Virus record (IMG/VR): IMGVR_UViG_3300027659_000011
Location: 1 to 64,000 of that record
Strand: one strand, 5' to 3'
From: a virus
Length of the DNA: 64,000 nt
Shown: piece by piece, positions 53,734 to 64,000 of the stretch
Layout: the number at the start of each line of letters is the position of its first letter
Position numbering within the stretch: the stretch's first letter is position 1
Program-made: the position numbers and the translations under genes
The notes under the pieces: model-generated
Databases searched by the model: none
What the model was told of the DNA's origin: nothing
What the model saw: only the letters and a program-made list of their open reading frames with translations

Positions 53734-56700
53734 ATGGCAACTCAGGCTTTTTATGTTGGCCAAAATGATTATTTAACAGCTCTAAATGTTTTATATGATG
53801 CCACCGTTAGTGGCGGCAAAGCGTTATTTAGTATTGGAGCTAATTCTCCTACTACTTCACCAACTGGTGGTATAAGCTATAATTCGTCTACAGGCGTATT
53901 TACTTTTATACCAAAAACCAATGAAATACCTACAATAGTAGGCCAGACAAATAAATACCTATTCACAAACGGATCCACAGTAAGTTGGGGAACAATTACC
54001 CCAACACCGCAAAGTAACTGGACCGCTATTACAGCTGCAACTGGTGCTATTCTTAATAAACCTAATTTTGCAACTGTAGCCACAACAGGTAATTACGCAG
54101 ATTTACTAAATAAACCCACAATAACTACCCTTACAGCTAGTGGTGGTGGTGCTTTATCTATTTTAGGTAATACATTTCGATTTACTCCTGCAGCAGTACC
54201 TACATATACTATTAACACAGCTACTCCTAATGGAAATGGTAGCTTAACTCTAACAGGTAGTGTTTTTACATTTACTCCTCCAGTTATTCAAAGTTCTTAT
54301 AGTTTACCTACCGCAAACACAGCTTTGTTAGGCGGTGTAAAAATTGATGGTATAAGCATTAAGATTACAGCAACTGGAGTAATTTCTGGATTTTCTGGTA
54401 ACTATGCAGATCTAATAAATAAACCAACAATACCAGCAGCACAAGTTCCCTCAGATTGGAACGCAACTTTTGGTGCTGCGCAAATATTAAATAAACCAGT
54501 AATACCAAGTATTACTGGTTTAGCACCTTTATTAAACCCTACTTTTACAGGTACTCCAACAGCACCTACAGCTAGTTTAGCTACTAATAGCACACAGATT
54601 GCTACAACAGCATATGTGAGAGGTGAAATTAATGCATTAGCAGCTAGTGCCAATTCAGCACTAGACACTTTAAATGAATTAGCTGCTGCATTAGGAAATG
54701 ATGCAAATTTTGCTAATACAGTTACTAATCAGCTAGCTTTAAAAGCACCTCTTGCTTCGCCTAATTTTACTGGTACGGTTGACTTTTCTGGAACATCCGC
54801 AGTAACTGGTTTAACTAAAGCAATGGTTGGGCTAGGTAATGTTACTAATGAGAGCAAAGCTACAATGTTCACAGCCCCTGTATTTACAGGGGCAACAACA
54901 GTAAGTGGACATATAGTACCTAGCACAAATATTGCATATGATCTTGGTTCTGTAACAAATAAATTTAGATCCTTATATTTAAGTAATAATACAATTTACT
55001 TAGATGGTTATTCAATTAGTGTTTCTGCTACAGGATCATTACTTATTACCGATACTGCAACTCCAAATTCTGTTCCAGTAGAAGTAGCAAGTGTTGCAGC
55101 AGTAACAGCAGCAATATCCACTAGCGTTGGTAATGTTACTAACGAGAGTAAAGCAATTATGTTTACTAATCCTACATTTACTGGTACAGTAAGTGGGGTT
55201 ACTGCGGGAATGGTAGGTTTAGGAAATGTTACTAACGAGAGTAAGGCTACTATGTTTAGTAACCCTACTTTTACTGGTACGGTAACTGGTATTACCTCTA
55301 CGATGGTAGGTTTAGGCAATGTTACTAACGAGAGTAAGGCTACTATGTTTAGTAACCCTACTTTTACCGGCACAGTAAGTGGTATTACTCCTGCAATGCT
55401 TGCCTTAGAAAATGTTGATAATACATCAGATTTAAACAAACCTATATCTACAGCAGTACAATCAGCCTTAGATAATATTGCTATTACCATTAATAGTATA
55501 GATATAGTAGGATTATCTAATATAGTATCTACTAAAGCTGCTATAGATAGCCCTACTTTTACTGGTACAGTGGGAGGTATTACTTCCGTAATGGTTGGCT
55601 TAGGTAATGTAGACAATACTTCAGATCTAAATAAACCACTTTCTACAGCAACAATAGCAGCTATAGCCGTAGAAACTGCAAGAGCTCAAGCTGCAGAATC
55701 CGCTTTTGTAACTAGTGATAATCCTACTTTTACCGGCACAATAAATGGCATAACTAAAGCAATGATAGGATTGTCTAATGCAGACAATACATCAGATTTA
55801 AATAAGCCTATATCTACTGCTACTCAATCAGCCATAACTGCAGAAGAACAAAGAGCACTAGCTGCAGAAGCATTATTAGCCCCACTATTAAATCCTACAT
55901 TTACAGGTGTAGTAAGTGGTATAACTAAATTAATGGTAGGTTTAGGCAATGCAGATAATACATCAGATTTAGCTAAACCAGTATCGACAGCGACCCAAAT
56001 AGCAATAACAGTAGAAAGTATAAGAGCACAAGCAGCAGAAGCATTACTAGCACCTTTAGCTAGTCCTACATTTACTGGTACAGTAAGTGGCATTACTTCT
56101 GCAATGGTTGGTTTAGGTAATGTTACTAATGAGAGTAAAGCCACTATGTTTACTAGTCCTGTATTCACAGGCACAGTAAGTGGTGTTACCTCTACAATGG
56201 TAGGATTAGGTAATGTTACTAATCAGAGTAAAGCTACTATGTTTACTAGCCCTGTATTCACAGGCACAGTAAGTGGCATTACTTCCGCAATGGTTGGTTT
56301 AGGCAATGTAGATGATACTTCAGATCTAAACAAGCCAGTATCAGTAGCTACACAAGCCTCCATTATAGCCGAAACAAATAGAGCACTAGCAGCAGAAGCA
56401 TTATTAGCTCCTATATCTACTACCTATACCAAAACTGAAGTAGATTTAATGGTTAGCCAAGTTAGTTTACTAACTCCTGGTTTAATAGCTAATATTACTC
56501 AACTAACAGGATATTTAAACGATAATGCTATATCTATAGGAGATATTGTAACTAGTTTAAATGGTAAAGCTCCAATATACAGCCCTACTTTTACAGGTAC
56601 AGTAGCTGGTATTACTAAAGCGATGGTTGGACTATCAGATGTAGATAATACTTCAGATGCAAATAAACCAATATCCGTAGCTACTCAAGCAGCTATAGAT

Positions 56701-59700
56701 GCAGAAATAAGTAGAGCGCAAACAGTAGAAGCATTATTAGCAACTAAAGCCAACCCTACTTTTACTGGTGTAATAACTGGTATCACTAAAGCTACTGTAG
56801 GATTAGAGAATGTAGATAATACATCTGATTTAGACAAGCCGGTATCTACAGCAACCGCTACAGCTATTGCTGTAGAACGTGATAGAGCTTTGGCAGCAGA
56901 AGCAGGTTTTGTAAGTAAAGATAACCCAGTATTTACTGGAACAGCTTCAGGTCTAAATAAAACTACTATAGGTTTAGGAAATGTAGATAATACATCAGAC
57001 CAAGATAAGCCTGTATCAACAGCAACAGCAACAGCTATAGCCTTTGAAGCTACAAGAGCACAAGCAGCAGAACTTTTATTAGCAGCTAAAGCTACTACAT
57101 ATACTAAATCAGAAGTAGATGCAAAAATTGTAGAAATTGGGGCTATTCCTACAGGATTAGTAGATACACTTGCAGGTCTTGCCCCTAAAATTTCTCCTAT
57201 ATTAACAGGAATACCCTCAGTACCAACAGCAAGTTTAGAAACTCAATTAGATGTACAAAACATTACTGTTACAGCAGGTATAGCTACAGTAAATTTTGCT
57301 AGTTTAATTATACCTCCTTTTACTGTAGGTTCTAGCATAACTCTTGTTGGATTTGTTCCGGCCCAAACAACTAGTCCAGTTAATAATGTAAATTCAACAT
57401 TTACAGTATTAAGTTGCAATGCAACAAATTTAACATTTGCTTTAACAGGCACATACACTAATACAACCTTAGGGGGCATTAGTGGTATTAATCGTTCCAA
57501 TCAGATCGCTAACTTAGCATATGTAAGTGCAAAAATTGATGCTGTACTTAGTTCCGGCCCTGGTGCTTTAGATACACTAAACGAATTAGCTGCAGCTTTA
57601 GGCAACGATGCCAATTTTTCTACTACAGTACTTAATGCATTAGCCCTAAAAGCACCCTTAGCTAATCCTAGTTTTACGGGCACAGTAAGTGGTATTACTA
57701 AATCAATGGTTGGTCTAGGTAATGTTGATAATACCTCAGATGCAAATAAACCAGTATCTGTAGCAACGGCAGCAGCCATAGCCGCTGTAACAAGTTCGGC
57801 TTCCTTAACAGGATCAGTTGATTTTTCAAATGCTACTTCAGTAACTGGATTAACTAAAACTACTGTTGGTTTAGGCAATGTTGATAATACTTCAGATGCA
57901 AATAAACCAGTATCTACAGCACAACAAACAGCCTTAAACTTAAAAGCTAACATAGCGTCTCCAACCTTTACAGGTACCGTAAGTGGAATTACTTCCGCAA
58001 TGGTTGGTTTAGGTAATGTAGAAAATTTAAATAGAGCTTCTTTATTTACAAGCCCTACAATTACTGGAGTTTTATCTGTATCTGGAACAACTTCTGGGTC
58101 TGTTAGAATTCAAGCTCAACCAGACGCTGGTTCAGCAATTTATACGCTACCAGCAACAGCACCATCATCAGATGGTTATGTTTTAAGCAGTAATACTTCA
58201 GGATTACTAAGCTGGGCAGCACCTGGATCAGGTCCATCAGGCGCCTCAGGCGCTCAAGGTGGAGCAGGTTATCAAGGTGCCACAGGACCACAAGGTGCCA
58301 GTGGATATATTGGAAGTGATGGAGCTACAGGTGCCGCAGGTTCAAATGGAGCTACAGGTGCTTCAGGTATTCAAGGTCCACAAGGCCTTCAAGGTGCCAC
58401 AGGTATGGGAGCATCTGGAGGTGCGGGATACAATGGTGCTACAGGTCAGGCCGGGTATCAAGGTGCTACAGGTGTAGGCTTTCAAGGAGAATCAGGTGGA
58501 CCAGGGTATACTGGTGCTACAGGAGCTACTGGATATCAAGGTGCTACAGGTATTCAAGGTGCTACAGGTATTGGATATGCCGGAGCACCAGGATCAACCG
58601 GTCCTAAGCGTGAAACCATAGTTTATGAGTTAACAGGCTTCGAAATGCGAGGAGGTATTGTAACACCAGCAATGTATACTACTCCTGACCCTATATTACG
58701 TATTAGAACATTTAATGATGGTAATTATCTTACTTTCACTGATGGTGTTAATGGCAGTGGTGCTCTGGGCGTAGATCCTTGGAAAGCGCAATTTTATATT
58801 GGTTTAAGTGGTAGTTTAAAATTTAATTTAATATCACTTAACATTAATACAGGCAGTGGTACACACATAGTATACGTTAAACTATATAACTATGTAACAG
58901 CTACTTTTATACCTTTTGGAAGTGTTCAGTCTCCGGGCGGGTTTAACCAGTTTGCAATAGAAGTACTAGACTACAACAGTTATAGAAGTATAGATGGTAC
59001 AATACTAATCGAGCTAAGCCATTCTAGCGAAACTACTGCAAATACTACTCAACTTGAATATCTAACCTTAGCAGATTCAGTTCAAGGCGCACCAGGTAAA
59101 ACAGGTGCTACAGGAGCCTCAGGACTACAAGGTGTATCAGGATATCAAGGCAGTTCAGGTGTTACAGGTTATCAAGGTGCAACAGGTATTGGATACGCTG
59201 GTGAAGCAGGTCCTTCTGGTGGCCAAGGCTATGATGGTGCTACAGGTGCTACAGGATTACCAGGAGCTACCGGTGCAACAGGTACTGCAGGTCCTACAGG
59301 ACTAACTGGTACTACAGGTGCATCAGGTCTACAAGGCTCAACAGGTGTAACTGGATTTACAGGAACTACAGGAGCTTCAGGTGTTCAAGGTTATGTAGGA
59401 GCAACTGGATATGGTTATCAAGGTTCAACTGGTCTTGATGGATTAAATGGAGCCACAGGAGCCAGTGGAGCCACAGGTTATCAAGGAGCAACAGGTGTTG
59501 GTGGTATAGGTGCCACAGGTTATCAAGGTGCTACAGGTATTAAAGGTGATTCAGGATTAGGTTTTGCAATAGCAAAAAGTTACCTATCAGTAGCCGCACT
59601 TAATGCAGATACTAGCCCAACTGGTATTGTAGCAGGACAATTTGCTATAATTGAAACCACTAGTACTGATAATCCTGAAAATTCAAGATTATACTTATGG

Positions 59701-61854
59701 AATGGTACTACATATTCTTATGTATCAGATCTATCAGGTGCACAAGGTATAACAGGACCACAAGGCTATATAGGTGCTACAGGTAGTTCAGGTTTTCAAG
59801 GTGCTACAGGTATGGGAGCATCTGGTGGTGCGGGTTATCAAGGAGCAACAGGTAGTTCTGGTGTTACAGGTTATCAAGGTGCAACAGGTAGTTCAGGTAT
59901 TCAAGGATTACAGGGGGCAACTGGTTTAGGTGCTACAGGTGTAACAGGAGTTCAAGGTGCTACAGGAGTTCAAGGTGCTACTGGTCAAGGTGCAACAGGT
60001 GGTCCAGGATATCAAGGTGCTACTGGTACAATAGGAGCAACTGGTACAATAGGAGCAACTGGTAGTTCAGGTATTCAAGGCTTACAAGGAGCAACTGGTA
60101 TAGGTGCTACAGGTGGTCAAGGATATGATGGAGCTACAGGCTTTCAAGGAGCTACCGGATTAGGTGCTACAGGAGGACTAGGTTATCAGGGTGCTACAGG
60201 ATACGAAGGTGCTACAGGTATTCAAGGTACAATAGGAGCTACAGGAGCCACAGGTTCTGGAGCAACAGGTGCTTCAGGAGCAACAGGATTTACAGGAGCC
60301 ACTGGTGCTTCAGGTGTTACAGGTTATCAAGGTGCTACAGGAGTTCAAGGTGCAACAGGTGCAGGTGCTACAGGTGCTTCAGGTGTAACAGGTTATCAAG
60401 GTGCTACAGGTACTATAGGTGCTACAGGAGCATCAGGATTAAGAGGATCTACAGGTCTAGGAGCAACAGGTACTATAGGTAGTACAGGTGCATCAGGTCT
60501 ACAAGGTGCTACAGGCTATCAAGGTGCTACCGGCTCAGGTGCCACAGGTGCTTCAGGTGCTACTGGATATCAAGGTAGTTCAGGTGCTACAGGTTATCAA
60601 GGCACGACAGGTGTTACAGGGTATACAGGAGCTACTGGTTCAGGTGCTACAGGTGTTACAGGATATCAAGGTGCTACAGGTGCCTCAGGTGTTATAGGTA
60701 CAATAGGAGCAACAGGAGCTACTGGCTCAGGAGCTACAGGTGCTTCAGGCTATCAAGGTGCTTCAGGTGCTACAGGTACAATAGGAGCAACAGGAGCCTC
60801 AGGACTACAAGGTGCTACAGGTGCTGGTGCTACAGGAGCTAGTGGTGCTACAGGATATCAAGGTGCTACAGGTGCTTCAGGTGTTACTGGATATCAAGGT
60901 GCTACTGGCTCAGGAGCTACAGGTGCCTCAGGTTTAGACGGTATTGCTGGTCCTACAGGTGCTACAGGTGCTACAGGTATTGGATATAATCCACTTACTT
61001 CTACAACTACAGTAACTGTATCTACAGGATCTAAAACCTTTATAGTTAATAGAGATACTAGTCAGTCAGCTTTTGCAGTTGGTCAGTATGTAAGAATGAC
61101 TGGAACCGGACAAACTATTAATGGAGTTTATTCTAATGTTTTAGAAGGTGTTATAACCAGTTACTCAGGTATTACTTTAGTAATAAATGCCAGTACAGTA
61201 ATAAGTTCATCAGATGCCTCTGCTACACCTTGGAGTATAACTGCAGCAGCTCCAGCAGGAGCAACAGGTTCTGCTCAATTAATAGAATCAGCCACTGCTC
61301 CAGTTAATCCAACCGATGGATTAATGTGGTTAAGCACTAATACTGGTACTCTTAATATCTATTATGCACCAGAAGAAGTTTGGTTAGCGTATTCAGGAGG
61401 CGTACCTCCTACTCCAGCAACACTTAATAATGTTACTAATGAAAGTAAAGCTACTATGTTTAGTAGTCCTACTTTTACAGGTACTGTTAACTTACAAGCA
61501 ACTTCAGAAAAATATACTCCAGCCACTATAGTTTCACAAGCAGTAACTTTAAACTATAACGCAGGAGCGATTTTCTCCCTAGCTAGTTCAACAACTAACA
61601 TAACACTTAACTTTGTTAATGTTCCAGAAGGTCAGTATATAGCTACTGCAGTTAGTTTGATTATTACACAGGGGTCTATATCCTATATCCCAAATAACAT
61701 AACAATTAATGGTTCATCTCAAACACTGTTATGGCAAAATCAAGTACCTCCAATAGCAACACCATATAAAACAGAATTAGTAACTCTTGTATTTATAGGT
61801 ACTGCAACAAGTAATATTTGGACAGTACTAGGTAACTTAACAACTTATGGATAA
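53734..61854 (+). CDS. Giant tail fibre protein with [11 protein letters not shown] repeats and collagen-like Gly-X-Y domains
   Basis: 2706 aa; many [21 protein letters not shown] units; two [18 protein letters not shown] units; long GAT/GYQ/GAS triplet runs. Confidence 0.85.
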   Translation: MATQAFYVGQNDYLTALNVLYDATVSGGKALFSIGANSPTTSPTGGISYNSSTGVFTFIPKTNEIPTIVGQTNKYLFTNGSTVSWGTITPTPQSNWTAITAATGAILNKPNFATVATTGNYADLLNKPTITTLTASGGGALSILGNTFRFTPAAVPTYTINTATPNGNGSLTLTGSVFTFTPPVIQSSYSLPTANTALLGGVKIDGISIKITATGVISGFSGNYADLINKPTIPAAQVPSDWNATFGAAQILNKPVIPSITGLAPLLNPTFTGTPTAPTASLATNSTQIATTAYVRGEINALAASANSALDTLNELAAALGNDANFANTVTNQLALKAPLASPNFTGTVDFSGTSAVTGLTKAMVGLGNVTNESKATMFTAPVFTGATTVSGHIVPSTNIAYDLGSVTNKFRSLYLSNNTIYLDGYSISVSATGSLLITDTATPNSVPVEVASVAAVTAAISTSVGNVTNESKAIMFTNPTFTGTVSGVTAGMVGLGNVTNESKATMFSNPTFTGTVTGITSTMVGLGNVTNESKATMFSNPTFTGTVSGITPAMLALENVDNTSDLNKPISTAVQSALDNIAITINSIDIVGLSNIVSTKAAIDSPTFTGTVGGITSVMVGLGNVDNTSDLNKPLSTATIAAIAVETARAQAAESAFVTSDNPTFTGTINGITKAMIGLSNADNTSDLNKPISTATQSAITAEEQRALAAEALLAPLLNPTFTGVVSGITKLMVGLGNADNTSDLAKPVSTATQIAITVESIRAQAAEALLAPLASPTFTGTVSGITSAMVGLGNVTNESKATMFTSPVFTGTVSGVTSTMVGLGNVTNQSKATMFTSPVFTGTVSGITSAMVGLGNVDDTSDLNKPVSVATQASIIAETNRALAAEALLAPISTTYTKTEVDLMVSQVSLLTPGLIANITQLTGYLNDNAISIGDIVTSLNGKAPIYSPTFTGTVAGITKAMVGLSDVDNTSDANKPISVATQAAIDAEISRAQTVEALLATKANPTFTGVITGITKATVGLENVDNTSDLDKPVSTATATAIAVERDRALAAEAGFVSKDNPVFTGTASGLNKTTIGLGNVDNTSDQDKPVSTATATAIAFEATRAQAAELLLAAKATTYTKSEVDAKIVEIGAIPTGLVDTLAGLAPKISPILTGIPSVPTASLETQLDVQNITVTAGIATVNFASLIIPPFTVGSSITLVGFVPAQTTSPVNNVNSTFTVLSCNATNLTFALTGTYTNTTLGGISGINRSNQIANLAYVSAKIDAVLSSGPGALDTLNELAAALGNDANFSTTVLNALALKAPLANPSFTGTVSGITKSMVGLGNVDNTSDANKPVSVATAAAIAAVTSSASLTGSVDFSNATSVTGLTKTTVGLGNVDNTSDANKPVSTAQQTALNLKANIASPTFTGTVSGITSAMVGLGNVENLNRASLFTSPTITGVLSVSGTTSGSVRIQAQPDAGSAIYTLPATAPSSDGYVLSSNTSGLLSWAAPGSGPSGASGAQGGAGYQGATGPQGASGYIGSDGATGAAGSNGATGASGIQGPQGLQGATGMGASGGAGYNGATGQAGYQGATGVGFQGESGGPGYTGATGATGYQGATGIQGATGIGYAGAPGSTGPKRETIVYELTGFEMRGGIVTPAMYTTPDPILRIRTFNDGNYLTFTDGVNGSGALGVDPWKAQFYIGLSGSLKFNLISLNINTGSGTHIVYVKLYNYVTATFIPFGSVQSPGGFNQFAIEVLDYNSYRSIDGTILIELSHSSETTANTTQLEYLTLADSVQGAPGKTGATGASGLQGVSGYQGSSGVTGYQGATGIGYAGEAGPSGGQGYDGATGATGLPGATGATGTAGPTGLTGTTGASGLQGSTGVTGFTGTTGASGVQGYVGATGYGYQGSTGLDGLNGATGASGATGYQGATGVGGIGATGYQGATGIKGDSGLGFAIAKSYLSVAALNADTSPTGIVAGQFAIIETTSTDNPENSRLYLWNGTTYSYVSDLSGAQGITGPQGYIGATGSSGFQGATGMGASGGAGYQGATGSSGVTGYQGATGSSGIQGLQGATGLGATGVTGVQGATGVQGATGQGATGGPGYQGATGTIGATGTIGATGSSGIQGLQGATGIGATGGQGYDGATGFQGATGLGATGGLGYQGATGYEGATGIQGTIGATGATGSGATGASGATGFTGATGASGVTGYQGATGVQGATGAGATGASGVTGYQGATGTIGATGASGLRGSTGLGATGTIGSTGASGLQGATGYQGATGSGATGASGATGYQGSSGATGYQGTTGVTGYTGATGSGATGVTGYQGATGASGVIGTIGATGATGSGATGASGYQGASGATGTIGATGASGLQGATGAGATGASGATGYQGATGASGVTGYQGATGSGATGASGLDGIAGPTGATGATGIGYNPLTSTTTVTVSTGSKTFIVNRDTSQSAFAVGQYVRMTGTGQTINGVYSNVLEGVITSYSGITLVINASTVISSSDASATPWSITAAAPAGATGSAQLIESATAPVNPTDGLMWLSTNTGTLNIYYAPEEVWLAYSGGVPPTPATLNNVTNESKATMFSSPTFTGTVNLQATSEKYTPATIVSQAVTLNYNAGAIFSLASSTTNITLNFVNVPEGQYIATAVSLIITQGSISYIPNNITINGSSQTLLWQNQVPPIATPYKTELVTLVFIGTATSNIWTVLGNLTTYG
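54760..58060 (+). repeat. Coding tandem repeats ([20 protein letters not shown][TNESKATMF|DNTSDxNKP])
   Basis: Roughly 20 degenerate copies visible at DNA and protein level. Confidence 0.85.
58225..60985 (+). repeat. Collagen-like Gly-X-Y coding repeats, interrupted by globular inserts
   Basis: GGTGCTACA/GGTTATCAA-type 9-nt periodicity; non-collagen inserts near 58610-59085 and 59560-59735. Confidence 0.9.
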
Positions 61855-61856
61855 AA

Positions 61857-63017
61857 ATGCCTAGAATATCATCACTAATCACTAAGGGGTTTAATACTCC
61901 TTATGTAGTGCCAGATTACTGGCATATTCCTCAAGGTGCAATTATTATGTATTCTGGAAGCTCAGTACCTAGTCTAACAGGTTGGACTAGGTACTCTGCA
62001 GCAGACGGAAAATTTATAAAAGGCACTGCAACACAGTCTGAAATAGGTACAGTAACACCAAATAATAACGATCAGCTAGGTGCCGGCGGAACAACTACAG
62101 GTAGTGCTGGGTATCACTCAGGCCCTTTAACTATAGTTAAAGAAAACGGCATCGCTAATCCACAAAATTCAACAGTAATGTCATATACTCTAGGTGGGGG
62201 CAGTCACGCACATTCTTTGTTCTATAGCCTAGGTGCCGGAACTGATTTAAATCCTCCAAGTACAGACTATATATTATTAGAAGCTACTCAGGATCAAGAA
62301 TATTTTCCTGCTAATGCAATAATTAGTAAAGCTACTCAAATAACAGGAAGTACAAAAGAGTTATCAATAAATCAAAACAGATATATAAGAGGTGGATCAA
62401 CATATGCTAATAACTATGCTACACAGCGTAGTATATCTGGATTTACTGATCAACAAGGTAGTCACACTCATGGACCAACAAGTTTTCTTGGAAGTACTTT
62501 TGCTAGTGGAACAAATACCTTAGCTTTTAGAGCTGAAAATAGCAGTTCAGGATTATCTCACTCGCACAGCCTTTCCGGAACCATAACGGGTGCTACACTT
62601 CTAGGAACGTTACTAAAACTCTGGAAATTAGGTTCTAAAATGACTGCTGAAGATAACATAATAGTTATGTATACAGGTAATATTGCTAATTTGCCTAGTT
62701 ATTGGAAAGTATGTAATGGTAGTAATGGTACACCAAATATGGTAGACTTTTTTCTTGGATATTCAAGTGATGAGAATACTGCTCATAATACTTATACTCC
62801 TTATAGCGCACCATTTAGTTCAGGAGGTCTAAGTACTGAAGCATGGACTCATTATCATACTAGTGGTCAGGCTTTTAGATTTGGTACTGACACCGCCTAC
62901 TATCACAGTAGTTTTAGTATGTTTCATTCACATACTTTCTCTAATCCTAATGTTGTAATGTTCCAACCCGACGAAATAAAGTTGTGTTTTATTCAACTTA
63001 CTAAAACCTTATATTAA
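61857..63017 (+). CDS. Tail fibre/collar-domain protein
   Basis: IPQGAIIMYSG...GW and IIVMYTG...LPSYWKVCNGSNGTPNM collar-like motifs; several HxH motifs. Confidence 0.7.
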   Translation: MPRISSLITKGFNTPYVVPDYWHIPQGAIIMYSGSSVPSLTGWTRYSAADGKFIKGTATQSEIGTVTPNNNDQLGAGGTTTGSAGYHSGPLTIVKENGIANPQNSTVMSYTLGGGSHAHSLFYSLGAGTDLNPPSTDYILLEATQDQEYFPANAIISKATQITGSTKELSINQNRYIRGGSTYANNYATQRSISGFTDQQGSHTHGPTSFLGSTFASGTNTLAFRAENSSSGLSHSHSLSGTITGATLLGTLLKLWKLGSKMTAEDNIIVMYTGNIANLPSYWKVCNGSNGTPNMVDFFLGYSSDENTAHNTYTPYSAPFSSGGLSTEAWTHYHTSGQAFRFGTDTAYYHSSFSMFHSHTFSNPNVVMFQPDEIKLCFIQLTKTLY

Positions 63018-63018
63018 T

Positions 63019-63528
63019 ATGATACATGAATATATACAAATAGATACCTATAATGACACTGCTAGTTGTAGACTTAATGGCATAACTTGCAGTTTTTCAA
63101 GCGCTACTGAGTTTATTACAGCTATTGGTTTCCCTTTTCAAGTAGGCTTATTAAATTGGGAGCCTACTAGATCCCATTGGATAATAGAAAGATTAGGTAC
63201 TCCACCAACTGTTGTTAGTGGTAGTACTTTAGTAGAGATGATATGGTTAGACGACAATAAATCTGCTATTACAGAATATTGTAGACAATATCACGAAAAA
63301 CTACCAAAACCTTACGAAGTAACTTTAAGGGATGTTAGAGATGGTACTTTATATATGACTGATTGGGTACTACAACGTCGTCAAGAAGAACAACTTTTAA
63401 ACTTACCACTAACTTTAACACAAGAAAAGTTTCAAGAAGTATTAATGTATAGGCAAGCATTAAGAGACATGACAAATACATACACTAGTCTAGATACTGC
63501 TGTGTGGCCTGTTAGCCCATTGGAGTAA
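63019..63528 (+). CDS. Tail fibre assembly chaperone-like protein
   Basis: C-terminal RD..L..TDW...YRQALRDM...WP..P. Confidence 0.7.
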   Translation: MIHEYIQIDTYNDTASCRLNGITCSFSSATEFITAIGFPFQVGLLNWEPTRSHWIIERLGTPPTVVSGSTLVEMIWLDDNKSAITEYCRQYHEKLPKPYEVTLRDVRDGTLYMTDWVLQRRQEEQLLNLPLTLTQEKFQEVLMYRQALRDMTNTYTSLDTAVWPVSPLE

Positions 63529-63531
63529 TAT

Positions 63532-64000
63532 ATGCCAATTTCTTTTCCAGATAATCCCACACTTTACCAAACTACCACAACAGGTGGACAATCCTGGGCT
63601 TGGAATGGAGAAGCGTGGGTAAGTTCCGGTAGTTTAAGTGCTTACTACTATGTTCTACCTGATGCAAGCTCAACAACCCTAGGTGGAGTTAGAGTAGGTT
63701 CAGGACTATCGTATACATATACTAGCCCTTGGACTGCAACAATAACCGGTATAGGCTCTACCACAGGTTTAGCCGTTAACGATGTAATAACAGCAACTAA
63801 TAATGTAGGTAGTTTAGGTACTGGAGGTACTTATACTATATTATCTGTACCTAGCTCTACTAGCATAACTTTTAGAGCGGCAGGTGGTACAACTCCTATA
63901 GCTGGTTTAGTAACTACTATAACTAAAGGTGGTAGTAATTATGCTTCTGGAACAGTAACCGGAATTGTTGGAGCAAACGGTACTCTTAATGTTATAGGTG
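63532..64000 (+). CDS. Virion/tail fibre-associated protein, truncated by window end
   Basis: MPISFPDNPT...WAWNGEAW...LP.AS..TLGGVRVGSGL; frame open to the window end. Confidence 0.65.
   Translation, partial: MPISFPDNPTLYQTTTTGGQSWAWNGEAWVSSGSLSAYYYVLPDASSTTLGGVRVGSGLSYTYTSPWTATITGIGSTTGLAVNDVITATNNVGSLGTGGTYTILSVPSSTSITFRAAGGTTPIAGLVTTITKGGSNYASGTVTGIVGANGTLNVIG

Noticed and set aside
53877-60697. Antisense and alternative-frame ORFs inside the giant fibre gene
   Set aside because: These are shadow ORFs produced by repetitive codon use; the same applies to antisense ORFs in the tape measure, capsid, portal and iscU genes.
61857-64000. Diversity-generating retroelement targeting tail fibres
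   Set aside because: No reverse transcriptase and no adenine-specific TR/VR repeat pair was seen in the window.

Overview
This 64-kb window comes from a large tailed dsDNA siphophage with a T5-like (Demerecviridae-like) head and neck module. All product calls rest on recognised motifs, recalled family resemblance and synteny; no database search was run. Layout: (1) 1-8.7 kb, + strand accessory genes (SleB-like hydrolase fragment, SGNH hydrolase, glycosyltransferase, metallophosphoesterase, ThyX). (2) 8.8-10.2 kb, T5 D2/D3-like DNA-binding genes with a long leader hairpin and iteron-like 13-mers. (3) 10.3-17.9 kb, a - strand region resembling a pre-early/terminal-repeat block. It holds a ~430-nt promoter/terminator-bounded structured ncRNA candidate and small gene cassettes, including three close A2/D3-like paralogues. 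The cassettes are separated by modules built from about five palindrome families plus gene-less + strand promoters. (4) 18.1-27.2 kb, terS and terL separated by eight host-like genes (including iscU-iscA-erpA), then a glycosyltransferase/methyltransferase/epimerase block. (5) 27.2-64 kb, HNH nickase, portal, fused protease-capsid ORF with an internal start, neck genes, tail tube, frameshifting tail chaperone, ~2550-aa tape measure, a non-T5 tail tip and a 2706-aa repeat/collagen fibre. No tRNA, rRNA, CRISPR array, integrase or reverse transcriptase was seen. The most novel-looking element is the 10.3-17.9 kb block.
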